From an uncultured Porphyromonadaceae bacterium (GTDB lineage: Bacteria > Bacteroidota > Bacteroidia > Bacteroidales > UBA12481): a DNA stretch of 64,000 nt. The DNA is taken from contig CAYHCO010000003.1 in NCBI GenBank assembly GCA_964355105.1, forward strand, positions 5,577-69,576, read 5' to 3'. Numbering within the stretch: the stretch's first letter is position 1; each line of letters begins with the position of its first letter. Below the pieces are notes generated by a model. That model was not told where the DNA came from. It made no database searches and saw only the letters and a list, made by a program, of their open reading frames with translations. Positions 42,014 through 52,283 of the stretch are shown here, piece after piece. Position numbers and translations under genes: made by a program.

Positions 42014-42952
42014 ATGTATTCGGTCGGAATATTATCTGGGCAGGAAAAATGGCCGGAAGTTCTTGCAGAAATGCTGAAAACTTCCGGGTCCAATGTTTCC
42101 GGCTGGGTGAACCCCCAGGTATCTCCGCCGTCGGACACGCAGCAGCTGATTGATTTTTCCGACCTGATCTGGATTCCTGAAAAGATCAGCGGAAGCATGG
42201 AAGAAGCCATCCAGGTGATCCGCGGATCACGCCATCTGTCGCTGGGCTTCCCGGTTGTGGAGTTCATGGAAGAGGCACCGGGCATGGTCAAGCTGGCGCA
42301 TGAGGCCCGGGTGCAGGTGCAGATCGGGCATCCCGACTGGTACAACCCGGTGGTCCGGAGCGCGTTGAATCATATTTTTCAGCCCCAGAGCATCCGATTT
42401 ACCGATCATATCCCCGAATGGCCGGAAAAGGAGAGTTACATTCACGTTTTCAAAACCATCGTGGCCGACCTCGATCTGGCGCTGGGCCTTGCGGGCAGCA
42501 CGGTTCGAAGGATCAGGCCGCATGTTTCGAGGCTCCTCGACGGGACCGCAATCCAGATCGACATTCGGGTAGAGATGCATAATGGAACCGTTATCAGCCT
42601 GGAGATCAGGAAATTCACAAATATCGCCAGCAGGCGGATCGAGATCCTGCAACCTGCCGGCATCCTGAATATCGACCTGTTAAACGGCACCAGCACCTCG
42701 GAAGATTTCGGAATTCACGGTGGCAGAAAGCAGGCAAAGGTCTTATGGCCGGTTGCCGGAAAACCCGGAGAAGCCGGATTTCAGGATACACCCTCCGGAC
42801 CCACCGGTCAGAGCGACGAGGAGGCTGCGCGGCAATGCCTGAGTTTTATCCATGCGCTCGAGAAGGGCAGGCACTCACTTTCAAGCCTGGAGGGCGGTTT
42901 CAAGGCTCTCGAGATCACCCGTCAGATCGAAACAGCGGTGGGCAGCTTCTAA
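42014..42952 (+). CDS. hypothetical protein (weak Gfo/Idh/MocA-like layout, no intact GxGxxG)
   Basis: A 312-aa ORF with no competing conserved ORF on the other strand in its 3' two-thirds. No confident motif. Confidence 0.45.
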   Translation: MYSVGILSGQEKWPEVLAEMLKTSGSNVSGWVNPQVSPPSDTQQLIDFSDLIWIPEKISGSMEEAIQVIRGSRHLSLGFPVVEFMEEAPGMVKLAHEARVQVQIGHPDWYNPVVRSALNHIFQPQSIRFTDHIPEWPEKESYIHVFKTIVADLDLALGLAGSTVRRIRPHVSRLLDGTAIQIDIRVEMHNGTVISLEIRKFTNIASRRIEILQPAGILNIDLLNGTSTSEDFGIHGGRKQAKVLWPVAGKPGEAGFQDTPSGPTGQSDEEAARQCLSFIHALEKGRHSLSSLEGGFKALEITRQIETAVGSF

Positions 42953-43041
42953 CATTCCATCATTCAGACCCCTGGCTCTTTAATGAACAGAGTTTTCAAC
43001 AAATTAAAAGTTGATAAACTTGGTACGTTTAAAAAAAGTTG

Positions 43042-43049
43042 TATTTTTG
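43042..43049 (+). promoter_or_regulatory. -7 box TATTTTTG for the rplM operon
   Basis: Matches TAnnTTTG, about 68 nt upstream of GTG 43118. Confidence 0.45.
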
Positions 43050-43117
43050 CACTCCAATTCGTTCGAGCCTAACTCGACTTATTGATTTTCAGCTATTAAT
43101 TTTAAAGGACGGATATA

Positions 43118-43567
43118 GTGAATACGTTAAGCTACAAGACGGTCTCAGCCAACAAGGCAACTGTTAAAAAGGAATGGGTTGTGATCGACGCAACCAACGC
43201 TGTGTTGGGCCGTTTTTCATCGGAAGTGGCCAGCATCCTTCGCGGAAAGAACAAGGCCAGCTACACTCCTCACGTTGACTGTGGAGACAATGTTATCGTT
43301 ATCAACGCCGAAAAAATCCGGATGACCGGAAACAAGATGAATGACCGGGTTATCTGGACATACTCAGGTTTTCCTGGCGGTCAGAAAGAGCGTACACCTG
43401 CCCAGATGATGGCAAAAGATCCTACCCGCGTGGTTGAACACGCTATTAAAGGCATGCTGCCAAAGAATCGCCTCGGCCGCGAAGTTTTCAGGAACCTGCA
43501 TATCTATGCCGGCGCTGAACACCCGCACGTAGCCCAGAACCCGAAATTTATTGAATTACAAAAGTAG
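43118..43567 (+). CDS. rplM: 50S ribosomal protein L13
   Basis: KEWVVIDATNAVLGRFSSEVASILRGKNKASYTPHVDCGDNVIVINAEKI. GTG start. Confidence 0.95.
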   Translation: MNTLSYKTVSANKATVKKEWVVIDATNAVLGRFSSEVASILRGKNKASYTPHVDCGDNVIVINAEKIRMTGNKMNDRVIWTYSGFPGGQKERTPAQMMAKDPTRVVEHAIKGMLPKNRLGREVFRNLHIYAGAEHPHVAQNPKFIELQK

Positions 43568-43578
43568 AACTAAGATTC

Positions 43579-43965
43579 ATGGAACTGATTAACACTATTG
43601 GTAGAAGGAAAGCGGCAGTTGCCCGTATTATCATGAACGAAGGAAAAGGACAGATCACCATCAACAAAAAAGATCTGGCCGAATATTTTCCAATCTTCCA
43701 GCTTCAGCATATCGTAACCCAGCCGCTCAATGTTCTTGAAGTAGCCGGTAAATATGATATCCGCGTAAACCTCGATGGCGGCGGTATCAAGGGACAGGCC
43801 GAAGCTCTCCGTCTGGCAATCGCCCGCGCTCTGGTTGAAATCGATCCGGAGTGTAAAAAACTTCTCCGCGCCAATGGATTCCTTACCCGTGACCCAAGGG
43901 TTGTTGAACGTAAGAAGCCAGGTCAGCCGGGTGCAAGGAAACGCTTCCAATTCTCAAAACGCTAA
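43579..43965 (+). CDS. rpsI: 30S ribosomal protein S9
   Basis: GRRKAAVARI....GGGIKGQAEALRLAIARAL...LTRDPRVVERKKPGQPGARKRFQFSKR. Confidence 0.95.
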   Translation: MELINTIGRRKAAVARIIMNEGKGQITINKKDLAEYFPIFQLQHIVTQPLNVLEVAGKYDIRVNLDGGGIKGQAEALRLAIARALVEIDPECKKLLRANGFLTRDPRVVERKKPGQPGARKRFQFSKR

Positions 43966-44070
43966 TATCTCTATCACAGAGTATAGTTTAGTATCTAAAC
44001 CTGAAGGACTTGCGGACTTCCGTAACTACCGGCAGGTTGCTTAAACAGAAGGTAAACTAGAATAATAATT

Positions 44071-44904
44071 ATGCCCAGAACAAATTTTCAGGAATTGCTT
44101 GATGCAGGTGTACATTTTGGTCACCTGAAACGTAAGTGGAACCCAAACATGGCTCCGTACATCTTCATGGAGAAGAACGGCATCCATATCATTGACCTCC
44201 ACAAAACCGCTTTTAAAATTGATGAAGCAGCCGAAGCCATGAAACGGATTGCTAAATCAGGGCGGAAGATTTTGTTTGTTGCCACCAAGAAACAGGCAAA
44301 AGAGATCGTAGCTGAAAAAGTTACCCCAACAGGAATGCCTTTCGTTACAGAACGCTGGTCGGGCGGTATGCTCACCAACTTCCCTACCGTAAGGAAAGCT
44401 GTGAAGAAAATGATCTCCATCGACAAGATGGCTACCGACGGCACTTTCGACCATATGTCGAAACGTGAACGCCTGCAGATCACCCGTCAGAGGAACAAAC
44501 TGGAAAAACTGCTCGGCAGCATCAAGGACCTCACCCGTTTACCGGCAGCCCTTTTTGTTGTTGACGTATCCAAAGAACATATCGCCGTTAACGAAGCTCA
44601 CAAACTGAATATCCCGGTATTCGGAATGGTTGATACCAATTCGGATCCTGAAAAAGTTGACTTCGCCATCCCGGCTAACGATGATGCTTCCAAATCTATC
44701 GCACTCATCTGCGGTATTATGTGCAAAGCCATCGAAGAAGGCCTCGAGGAAAGAAAGGCTGAAAAAGATAAAGAAGAAGCTGTGAAGCCGAAAAAATCGG
44801 AAACTGCTGAAGAATCAGCCCGCCCAACGGTAGGTAAGAAGCCAATGCGCAAGCGTATCTCCGCTGACGTAGCAGCAGATGGCGCTGATGATGATTCCGA
44901 ATAA
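44071..44904 (+). CDS. rpsB: 30S ribosomal protein S2
   Basis: LLDAGVHFGHLKRKWNPNMAPYIFMEKNGIHIIDLHKT...RWSGGMLTNF. Confidence 0.95.
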   Translation: MPRTNFQELLDAGVHFGHLKRKWNPNMAPYIFMEKNGIHIIDLHKTAFKIDEAAEAMKRIAKSGRKILFVATKKQAKEIVAEKVTPTGMPFVTERWSGGMLTNFPTVRKAVKKMISIDKMATDGTFDHMSKRERLQITRQRNKLEKLLGSIKDLTRLPAALFVVDVSKEHIAVNEAHKLNIPVFGMVDTNSDPEKVDFAIPANDDASKSIALICGIMCKAIEEGLEERKAEKDKEEAVKPKKSETAEESARPTVGKKPMRKRISADVAADGADDDSE

Positions 44905-44926
44905 ACTGCTAAATTCTTAAAAAATC

Positions 44927-45757
44927 ATGACTGAAATTAAAGCTTCTGAGGTAGCCAAACTACGTCAAATGACCGGTGCCGGTATGATGGACTGTAAGCA
45001 GGCCCTCACTGAAACCAATGGTGATTTCGACCAGGCTATCGATATTCTCCGGAAAAAAGGACAGAAAGTAGCAAACAAAAGAGCTGACCGCGAAGCTACC
45101 GAAGGTGCCGCCATTGCAAAATGCAACAGCGAGCATACTTTTGGAGTTGTGCTGGTGCTGAACTGCGAAACCGATTTCGTTGCCAAAAACGAAGATTTCG
45201 TAAAAAAAGCCCACGCATTTGCTGAAGCTGCCATTGCTAAGAAAGTCACTACACTGGAAGAGCTGAAACAGCTCCACGTTGACGGACATTCCATCGAAAG
45301 CGAAGTAACCAACATGACGGGGATCATTGGCGAAAAAGTTGATATCGGATTCTTCAAGTCTCTCGAGTCACCTTTCGTAATGCCTTATATCCACCCGGGT
45401 AACCGTCTGGCTACTCTGGTTGCCATGTCGAAAAAGGTTGCCGACGAACAGCCGGCCAAAGACGTTGCCATGCAGGTTGCAGCTATGGCTCCGGTAGCCG
45501 TCAATAAAGACAAGATCCCACAGGCGATTATCGACAAGGAACTGGAAATCGGCCGTGCCATCGCACTCGAGGAAGGCAAGCCAGCCAATATCGTTGATAA
45601 AATCGCTGAAGGCAAACTGGGTAAATTCTTTAAGGAAAACACCCTGCTAAGCCAGGATTTCATTAAAGACCACAAAACTTCAGTAAGTGATTACCTGACA
45701 CATATCGACAAAGACCTTACGGTTATCGATTTTGTGCGGTACACCCTGAACGACTGA
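44927..45757 (+). CDS. tsf: elongation factor Ts
   Basis: VAKLRQMTGAGMMDCKQALTETNGDFDQAIDILRKKG...NCETDFVAKNEDF. Confidence 0.95.
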   Translation: MTEIKASEVAKLRQMTGAGMMDCKQALTETNGDFDQAIDILRKKGQKVANKRADREATEGAAIAKCNSEHTFGVVLVLNCETDFVAKNEDFVKKAHAFAEAAIAKKVTTLEELKQLHVDGHSIESEVTNMTGIIGEKVDIGFFKSLESPFVMPYIHPGNRLATLVAMSKKVADEQPAKDVAMQVAAMAPVAVNKDKIPQAIIDKELEIGRAIALEEGKPANIVDKIAEGKLGKFFKENTLLSQDFIKDHKTSVSDYLTHIDKDLTVIDFVRYTLND

Positions 45758-45789
45758 TGAAACACTTCCGCTTGCGGATATGATACCTG

Positions 45790-45820
45790 AAAATCCCGGT
45801 CACCACCGGGATTTTTTTTT
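45790..45820 (+). terminator. rho-independent terminator after tsf
   Basis: atcccggt-cacc-accgggat followed by a T-run. Confidence 0.75.
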
Positions 45821-45846
45821 ATCTTTCGGCGATCATTCCCAATCCT

Positions 45847-46557
45847 ATGGCAACATTTAAAAGAATCCTTCTGAAATTATCCGGGGAATCCCTGATGGGC
45901 CAATCGTCCCATGGAATCGATACCGCACAGCTGGAAAGTTTCACGAGCCAGGTAACCGAAATCCGGAACCTTGGCGTTCAGGTGGGCCTCGTGATCGGCG
46001 GCGGAAACATTTTTCGGGGTCTCTCGGGTGAAAAAGCCGGGTACGACCGGGTAAAAGGTGATTATATGGGAATGCTGGCCACCGCCATCAACGGTCTCGC
46101 ACTCCAGTCGGCCTTCCGGCAGTCAGGCACCCCATCGCGACTGTTTACCTCTATTCGGATGGAACCGGTAGCTGAATTCTGGAACCGCGACAAAGTCATC
46201 GACGCGCTGGAAGCCGGCGAGGTCTGCATTTTTTCAGCAGGCACCGGCAATCCGTTCTTTACCACTGATACCACGGCAGCCCTTCGCGGTGTGGAGATCG
46301 GTGCCGAGGTACTCATCAAGGGTACCCGTGTCGACGGGGTATACAGTGCCGATCCGGAGAAAGATCCCAAAGCGGTCAGGTTCGACTCGATCACTTTTGA
46401 TGAAGTGATAACCCGCAACCTGAAGATCATGGATCAGACGGCTTTCACATTGTGCAAGGAAAACAACCTGCCGATACTGGTGTTTGACATGAATACCCGC
46501 GGCAATCTGAAACGGTTGATTTCCGGGGAAAATATTGGCACCATCATCAAGAAATAA
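45847..46557 (+). CDS. pyrH: UMP kinase
   Basis: RILLKLSGESL...VIGGGNIFRG...GMLATAINGLALQ...GTGNPFFTTDTTAALR. Confidence 0.95.
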   Translation: MATFKRILLKLSGESLMGQSSHGIDTAQLESFTSQVTEIRNLGVQVGLVIGGGNIFRGLSGEKAGYDRVKGDYMGMLATAINGLALQSAFRQSGTPSRLFTSIRMEPVAEFWNRDKVIDALEAGEVCIFSAGTGNPFFTTDTTAALRGVEIGAEVLIKGTRVDGVYSADPEKDPKAVRFDSITFDEVITRNLKIMDQTAFTLCKENNLPILVFDMNTRGNLKRLISGENIGTIIKK

Positions 46558-46593
46558 ATAATTTTACCTTTTTGAATTCTAACGGAAAAGGCC

Positions 46594-47157
46594 ATGAACG
46601 AAGAAGTTGAATTGATCCTCGAGGATACTGAGGAAAAGATGGATCGGACCATCAGGCATCTCGACAATGAACTGTCGAAAATCCGCGCCGGCAGGGCAAA
46701 TATTCATATGCTGGACGGAATCATGGTAAATTATTACGGCACTCCCACCCCGCTCACCCAAATCGCTAACGTTAATTCACCCGATCCCCGCACACTGGCC
46801 ATCCAGCCCTGGGAAAAGAACATGATCGATCCGATTGAAAAATCGATATTGGCCGCCAATCTGGGGATGACACCCATGAACAACGGGGAGATCATCAGGA
46901 TAAATATCCCGATGCTTACCGAGGACCGGCGCCGCGAACTGGTTAAAAAAGTCAAGGTTGAAGGGGAAAATGCCAGGATCGGCATCCGCAACAACCGCCG
47001 CGACGGCAATGAGCAGCTCAAGAAACTGATCAAGGACGGTCTGGCTGAAGATGAGGAAAAAGACGCTGAAAAAACGGTCCAGGAAATGACCGACAAGTAT
47101 ATCAGGATAGTCGACGACAGGCTCCTTGCCAAAGAAAAAGACATAATGACGATCTGA
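46594..47157 (+). CDS. frr: ribosome recycling factor
   Basis: KIRAGRANIHMLDGIMVNYYGTPTPLTQIANV...IPMLTEDRRRELVK. Confidence 0.95.
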   Translation: MNEEVELILEDTEEKMDRTIRHLDNELSKIRAGRANIHMLDGIMVNYYGTPTPLTQIANVNSPDPRTLAIQPWEKNMIDPIEKSILAANLGMTPMNNGEIIRINIPMLTEDRRRELVKKVKVEGENARIGIRNNRRDGNEQLKKLIKDGLAEDEEKDAEKTVQEMTDKYIRIVDDRLLAKEKDIMTI

Positions 47158-47174
47158 CCCTGCGAAGGATCCAC

Positions 47175-49085
47175 ATGATTCCATCTAAAAAAAGCACTTT
47201 CTCACTGCTGAGCAAGATCAACAGTCCGGCTGACCTCAAGAAACTATCTGAAGCCGACCTGCTCGACGTGTGTCGTGAGCTCAGGGATTTCATTATTGAG
47301 GAGGTTTCCTGCAACCCGGGGCATCTGGGTGCCAACCTGGGGGTGGTGGAATTAACCGTTGCATTGCATTACGTTTACAATACGCCTTACGATCAGCTGA
47401 TCTGGGATGTGGGCCATCAGGCTTACGGCCATAAAATATTGACCGGCCGGCGGGATGTTTTCCCAACCAACCGGAAATTCAAGGGGATCAGCGGCTTTCC
47501 GAAAATGTCGGAAAGCGAGTATGACTCCTTCGGCACCGGGCACTCCTCCACCTCCATCTCGGCAGCTCTGGGAATAGCCGTTGCAGCCCACCGGAAAGGG
47601 GAAACCGACCGTAAAACGATTGCCGTCATCGGCGACGGGGCACTCACCGGCGGAATGGCTTTCGAAGGACTCAACAATGCCGGCATCGAGCGATCGAATA
47701 TCCTGGTAATCCTGAACGACAACAATATGGCCATCGATCCCAACCATGGCGCCCTGAACGATTACCTCATGGATATCACCACCTCCGGGGCCTGGAACCG
47801 GTTTAAGGGTGATACCTGGAAGATTCTGGGCGTATTGGGAAAGATTGGTCCGGATGCACGCCGGATGGCTCAGACCCTCGAGACGGCCATCAAGCACATG
47901 ATCCTCAAGCAGAGCAACTTGTTCGAATCACTGCATTTCAGGTATTTCGGACCGGTCGACGGCCATGACGTGCTCCACCTTGTGAAGATCCTCGAGGACA
48001 TGAAAAAGATCGAAGGACCCAAATTGCTGCATATCCTTACCAAAAAGGGCAAAGGCATGCCGCTGGCGGAAATCAACCAGACGGCTTACCACGCTCCGGG
48101 CATGTTCGATAAGGTAACCGGGGAACTAATTGAAGAAGAGCCGACTGGCTTTCCGCCAAAATATCAGGACGTATTCGGGCATACGCTGCTGGAGCTGGCC
48201 AGGATGAATCCCAGGATCATGGGCATCACGCCGGCCATGCCTTCGGGATCGTCGATGAACATGATGATGGAGGAAATGCCCGACCGCACTTTTGATGTGG
48301 GCATAGCCGAGCAGCATGCCGTGACCTTCTCAGCCGGACTGGCCACGCAGGGATTCATCCCGTTCTGCAACATATACTCGTCGTTCATGCAACGGGCTTT
48401 CGATCAGGTTATTCACGATGTAGCCATTCAGAAACTTCCTATTATCCTGTGTCTCGACCGCGGGGGCCTGGTAGGCACCGACGGGCCCACTCATCACGGG
48501 TCGTTCGATCTGGCATACATGCGCATCATTCCGAACATGATCGTATCGGCGCCGATGAACGAGGAAGAATTGCGCAACCTGATGTATACCGCGCAGGCGG
48601 ACAATCACGGACCTTTCATGATCCGCTATCCGAGGGGACAGGGCGTGATGAGTGACTGGAAAAAGCCGTTCAGCCTCATCCCGGTTGGTAAGGGACGCAT
48701 GATCTCCGACGGCAGCGGGGTAGCCATCCTTTCCATTGGCCATCCGGGCAACCTGGTGACCAAAGCCTTGTCATTACTGGAAAAAGAGGGCATCAAGCCC
48801 GCACACTTCGATATGCGTTTCGTTAAACCGCTGGATGAGGAACTTCTGCACGAAATTTTCGCGCGGTTCAAAAACATTGTCACCGTTGAGGACGGTACGG
48901 TCACCGGTGGTTTCGGAAGTGCCGTAGGCGAATTCATGATTCAAAACCAGTATGCCGCCCGGATAAAAATTCTGGGAATCCCTGATCACTTCATCGAGCA
49001 CGGCACTCAGCGCCAGCTATATAAGGAATGCGGTTTCGATCCCGAGGGCATAGCCAATGCCGTCCGCGAAATCCTGCCTGCCTGA
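47175..49085 (+). CDS. dxs: 1-deoxy-D-xylulose-5-phosphate synthase
   Basis: GHLGANLGVVELTVALHYVYNTPYDQLIWDVGHQAYGHKILTGRRD...IGDGALTGGMAFEGLNN. Confidence 0.95.
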   Translation: MIPSKKSTFSLLSKINSPADLKKLSEADLLDVCRELRDFIIEEVSCNPGHLGANLGVVELTVALHYVYNTPYDQLIWDVGHQAYGHKILTGRRDVFPTNRKFKGISGFPKMSESEYDSFGTGHSSTSISAALGIAVAAHRKGETDRKTIAVIGDGALTGGMAFEGLNNAGIERSNILVILNDNNMAIDPNHGALNDYLMDITTSGAWNRFKGDTWKILGVLGKIGPDARRMAQTLETAIKHMILKQSNLFESLHFRYFGPVDGHDVLHLVKILEDMKKIEGPKLLHILTKKGKGMPLAEINQTAYHAPGMFDKVTGELIEEEPTGFPPKYQDVFGHTLLELARMNPRIMGITPAMPSGSSMNMMMEEMPDRTFDVGIAEQHAVTFSAGLATQGFIPFCNIYSSFMQRAFDQVIHDVAIQKLPIILCLDRGGLVGTDGPTHHGSFDLAYMRIIPNMIVSAPMNEEELRNLMYTAQADNHGPFMIRYPRGQGVMSDWKKPFSLIPVGKGRMISDGSGVAILSIGHPGNLVTKALSLLEKEGIKPAHFDMRFVKPLDEELLHEIFARFKNIVTVEDGTVTGGFGSAVGEFMIQNQYAARIKILGIPDHFIEHGTQRQLYKECGFDPEGIANAVREILPA

Positions 49086-49158
49086 AATTATCAGGCTCGG
49101 GCAAAAATAATCCGGGAAAATCCTTGTACATTTATACTTGAACTTAACCTGTGAAATT

Positions 49159-49920
49159 ATGACCTCTTTGATTCAAGCCGTTATCGTAGATGATGAAGAG
49201 AACAGCCTCGAGGCGCTTTCCATCCTTCTTCAAAGATATTGTCCTGATGTGCAGGTGGTTGGATCTGCTCAAACCGTTGAATCGGCCATTGAGCTGATCA
49301 ACAGGATAGAACCCGAACTGGTTTTTCTCGATATTGCTTTACCGGACGGACAGGGTTTTCAGGTTCTTGAAGATGTTGAGTTTACAGATTTCGAAGTGAT
49401 ATTTACCACCGCCTACGACCAGTATGCGCTCAAGGCATTCGACTTTTCGGCACTGGATTACCTGCTGAAACCCATCAGTACGGAAAAACTCCAGCAGGCT
49501 GTCGACCGGTATTCCAAGATCCGCAAGGAGGCAAAATTCGGCGACCGGGTATCTGTTTTGAGAGAAGGGCTCTCCAACCGGAACGAACGTATCATTCTCT
49601 CCTCAATGGACGGATTTGATGTGTACAAAATCGCAGATATCATTCGCTGTGAAGCGAATGGCAGTTATACGACCTTTTTCATCAAGGGAGGGCAGCGCAT
49701 CGTTACCTCCAAAACCCTGAACAATTTCGAAAGGCTGCTGACCGATCTGACCTTTGTAAGAGTCCACAGCAAGCATCTGATTAATGTTGAATACGTAAAG
49801 AAATATGTCTCCGGCCGCGGAGGATATATCATTTTCGAGGATGGCAGCCAGGTCGACGTGAGTGAGCGCAAAAAGAAGGAGTTCATCCAGCGCATGCGGG
49901 GACATGCCAGGACTACTTAA
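49159..49920 (+). CDS. LytTR-family response regulator (orphan)
   Basis: Receiver domain AVIVDDEENSLE...LVFLDIALPDGQGF. C-terminal LytTR DNA-binding domain (..IIRCEANGSYTTFFIKGGQRIVTSKTLNNFERLL....FVRVHSKHLINVEYVKK). Confidence 0.85.
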   Translation: MTSLIQAVIVDDEENSLEALSILLQRYCPDVQVVGSAQTVESAIELINRIEPELVFLDIALPDGQGFQVLEDVEFTDFEVIFTTAYDQYALKAFDFSALDYLLKPISTEKLQQAVDRYSKIRKEAKFGDRVSVLREGLSNRNERIILSSMDGFDVYKIADIIRCEANGSYTTFFIKGGQRIVTSKTLNNFERLLTDLTFVRVHSKHLINVEYVKKYVSGRGGYIIFEDGSQVDVSERKKKEFIQRMRGHARTT

Positions 49921-49928
49921 TCTTTATA

Positions 49929-49972
49929 CCTGACAGGCTTTAAAAACCTGTCAGGCATAAAAAACCTGTCAG
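49929..49972 (+). repeat. CCTGACAGG/CCTGTCAGG hairpin plus an extra CCTGTCAG half-site
   Basis: cctgacagg-ctttaaaaa-cctgtcagg-cataaaaaa-cctgtcag. Confidence 0.75.
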
Positions 49973-49992
49973 CTCTAAAATAAAATATTTCG

Positions 49993-50000
49993 TATCTTAG
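49993..50000 (+). promoter_or_regulatory. near-consensus -7 box TATCTTAG upstream of T9SS paralog 1
   Basis: The same octamer lies at the equivalent position upstream of paralogs 2 and 3 (52393, 54794). One mismatch to TAnnTTTG. Confidence 0.3.
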
Positions 50001-50035
50001 GTTCATCTAATATCTATCACCAAACATTCACTTAT

Positions 50036-52273
50036 ATGAAAAGATCTACACTACTAATTCTGATGTTGTCTTTGATGGTCATGGCCTACGGACAAAAGGT
50101 CAATGTCAATCAGGGCAAACCCATTGCCTTCGGCTCCGAATTGATCACCCCGGTTCCTCAACCCGCGGTATCTTTACTAAAAGCCGGTGGAGAAGTGTTT
50201 TATAAAGAAACTTTCAACTGGAAAAATGCTGCAGATCCAAAAGGATGGACCGCTCCTGCAGGGTTCCAGATTGTAGAAGAAACCGACTTTGGCTGTCCAT
50301 GGATTTGGCGGGCTGGTACCGACAGTATCAAGGGTGAGTTGACTTTTGAACCGGGTCATGCTTACTCTCTTACTCCTGAAGACGGCTATTTCGTTTTACC
50401 CATGGACGAGTATAACTACGTGGATGGGATCAGTACGGCTAACGGCGTCATCTCCTGGTTCCAATTACCCGAGCTCGATTGCTCAACACATCCCGGAGTC
50501 ATTTTAACCTTCAGGCAATTTTTCCGTCTTTATCCAAACACAGATGTTAAGGTTGCCGTTTCAAACGACCTTGGGGTTCACTGGGCAAACTATAATGTGT
50601 CCTTTGATACAAGAACCAGTATTTTCTGCAAAAATCCTTACCCGGAATTAAATATCTCCGAGGTTGCCGCCGGTATGCCTAAAGTTTGGATCAAGTTTAT
50701 CTGGAACGGTATGAGCCGGTATTTCTGGTGTATTGATGATATCGAACTGTTCGAAAGTTATGACAACGATATTATGATGGAGGGTACCTGGTCGTATGCG
50801 ATCGACCTTGATAATGCCGATAACAATGAAGGATTTGTTTACATGACTCCTTTATCGCAGATCGGGGTTGACAACTTTGGAGGCTACACCTTCGCCGGTG
50901 CCATGCTCAACGCAGGGCTTGATGACCAGGAGGATGTTAACCTCAATGTGAACATCTTAAAAAATGGAGTATCGGTGTATGATGAGAATTCCGTATCCAG
51001 GGATATCTGGTCGATTCAGCGGGATACTTTCCCCGTTACCAAAATTTACAATCCTGACGGGTACGGCGCCTACGAAATGACTTTAACCGCCAAGGCTAAG
51101 CAGACGGATCAAAGACCATTAAATAACAAATACTCTGACACTTTTTACATTACCGACAGTATCTATTCCGTTTGCGACTGGGAATTCGAAGAACATGCCA
51201 GTACGGCCGCCTGGGGGAACAATGACGGTGACTATATGGGAATAGCCTACGATATTAAAAAACCCGTTGAGGCTAACTCAATTTCCTGTATGATCATGCA
51301 GAGGCCAAAGAATAAAAAAGCCAGTACCCAGGTTGGTTATAATTTTCAGTACTGGATTTTCAAATGGGATGCCGGCGAAGGTGCCTGGGTGGAAGCCATC
51401 ATGTCGGAATATACCGAAGTAACCCAGGAAATGATTGACACCTGGGTGACTCTGCCTCTTCAGAAAGATGGTGAATCCGAATTTTTGGAACCTGGATTTT
51501 ATGTTGCAGCTATCCAGACATTCCACGGCGGCGGTGCTGGAGCCAGTAACAGGGTCTTCCGGTTTACTATCGGCGCCGATCAGAGTCACAGATTCGCATA
51601 TGGAAAAACACTATTCAAGCGTTACAACGATGCCGACTGGTCACAGAACGATGAGCTTGGAATGGTTCGCCTCAACATCAACAGCACCGGCGCACCAAAA
51701 ATAGCAGACGTTCAGTTTAATGTCGATATGACCCTGCCGATATCCAATGGCACATTCAAACCGGCTTCCGATTTTGTTGATGTAGCAGGTACTTTTAACA
51801 ACTGGGGATCATCGGATCACATGACCGATGGGGATGGTGACGGCATTTATACCCTATCGATCCCGGCTCAGAATGTATTTTCAAAAATTGAGTACAAATA
51901 CCGCATCAACGGCAACTGGAATACCTCCGAATTCCCGTCTGGCGGACCAAACAGGGTTTACCGTGTTTCCTACTATAACGCAACCCATGATGTATACAAC
52001 AACGGCAAGAGCCTGACCGTCGACGCCAATTCTCTGACCTCGTCGATCAATGCTTATCCGAACCCGACCACCGGGCAATTCACTCTGGCTGTAACGAATA
52101 CCCAGGTTGTGGATCTGAATATCCAGGTAACTAATATCCAGGGACAGGTTGTATATCAGAACATTGCCAAGTCGGTCCTGAACCATCAGGAAAATATCGA
52201 CCTGAGTGCATTTGCTAAAGGGATGTACTTCCTGAAGGTGAACAACCAGGTTATGAAGCTTCTGGTTGAGTAG
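50036..52273 (+). CDS. T9SS-secreted protein, paralog 1: choice-of-anchor-J/MAM-like N-terminal domain, CBM20/48-like domain, T9SS C-terminal sorting domain
   Basis: Signal peptide. EVFYKETFNWKNAADPKGWTAPAGFQIVE..WIW. VDVAGTFNNWGSSDHMTDGDGDGIYTLSI..EYKYRINGNW (carbohydrate-binding-module-like). CTD INAYPNPTTGQFTLAV....GMYFLKVNNQ. Confidence 0.7.
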   Translation: MKRSTLLILMLSLMVMAYGQKVNVNQGKPIAFGSELITPVPQPAVSLLKAGGEVFYKETFNWKNAADPKGWTAPAGFQIVEETDFGCPWIWRAGTDSIKGELTFEPGHAYSLTPEDGYFVLPMDEYNYVDGISTANGVISWFQLPELDCSTHPGVILTFRQFFRLYPNTDVKVAVSNDLGVHWANYNVSFDTRTSIFCKNPYPELNISEVAAGMPKVWIKFIWNGMSRYFWCIDDIELFESYDNDIMMEGTWSYAIDLDNADNNEGFVYMTPLSQIGVDNFGGYTFAGAMLNAGLDDQEDVNLNVNILKNGVSVYDENSVSRDIWSIQRDTFPVTKIYNPDGYGAYEMTLTAKAKQTDQRPLNNKYSDTFYITDSIYSVCDWEFEEHASTAAWGNNDGDYMGIAYDIKKPVEANSISCMIMQRPKNKKASTQVGYNFQYWIFKWDAGEGAWVEAIMSEYTEVTQEMIDTWVTLPLQKDGESEFLEPGFYVAAIQTFHGGGAGASNRVFRFTIGADQSHRFAYGKTLFKRYNDADWSQNDELGMVRLNINSTGAPKIADVQFNVDMTLPISNGTFKPASDFVDVAGTFNNWGSSDHMTDGDGDGIYTLSIPAQNVFSKIEYKYRINGNWNTSEFPSGGPNRVYRVSYYNATHDVYNNGKSLTVDANSLTSSINAYPNPTTGQFTLAVTNTQVVDLNIQVTNIQGQVVYQNIAKSVLNHQENIDLSAFAKGMYFLKVNNQVMKLLVE

Positions 52274-52283
52274 TAGCGTTTTT

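Noticed and set aside
43966-44070. The rpsI-rpsB spacer and the rplM 5' leader (43050..43117) as known ribosomal-protein leader RNAs.
   Set aside because: Only short, weak stems are visible (gttcgag/ctcgac; direct ggactt repeats). I cannot match them to any described leader motif without a covariance-model search.
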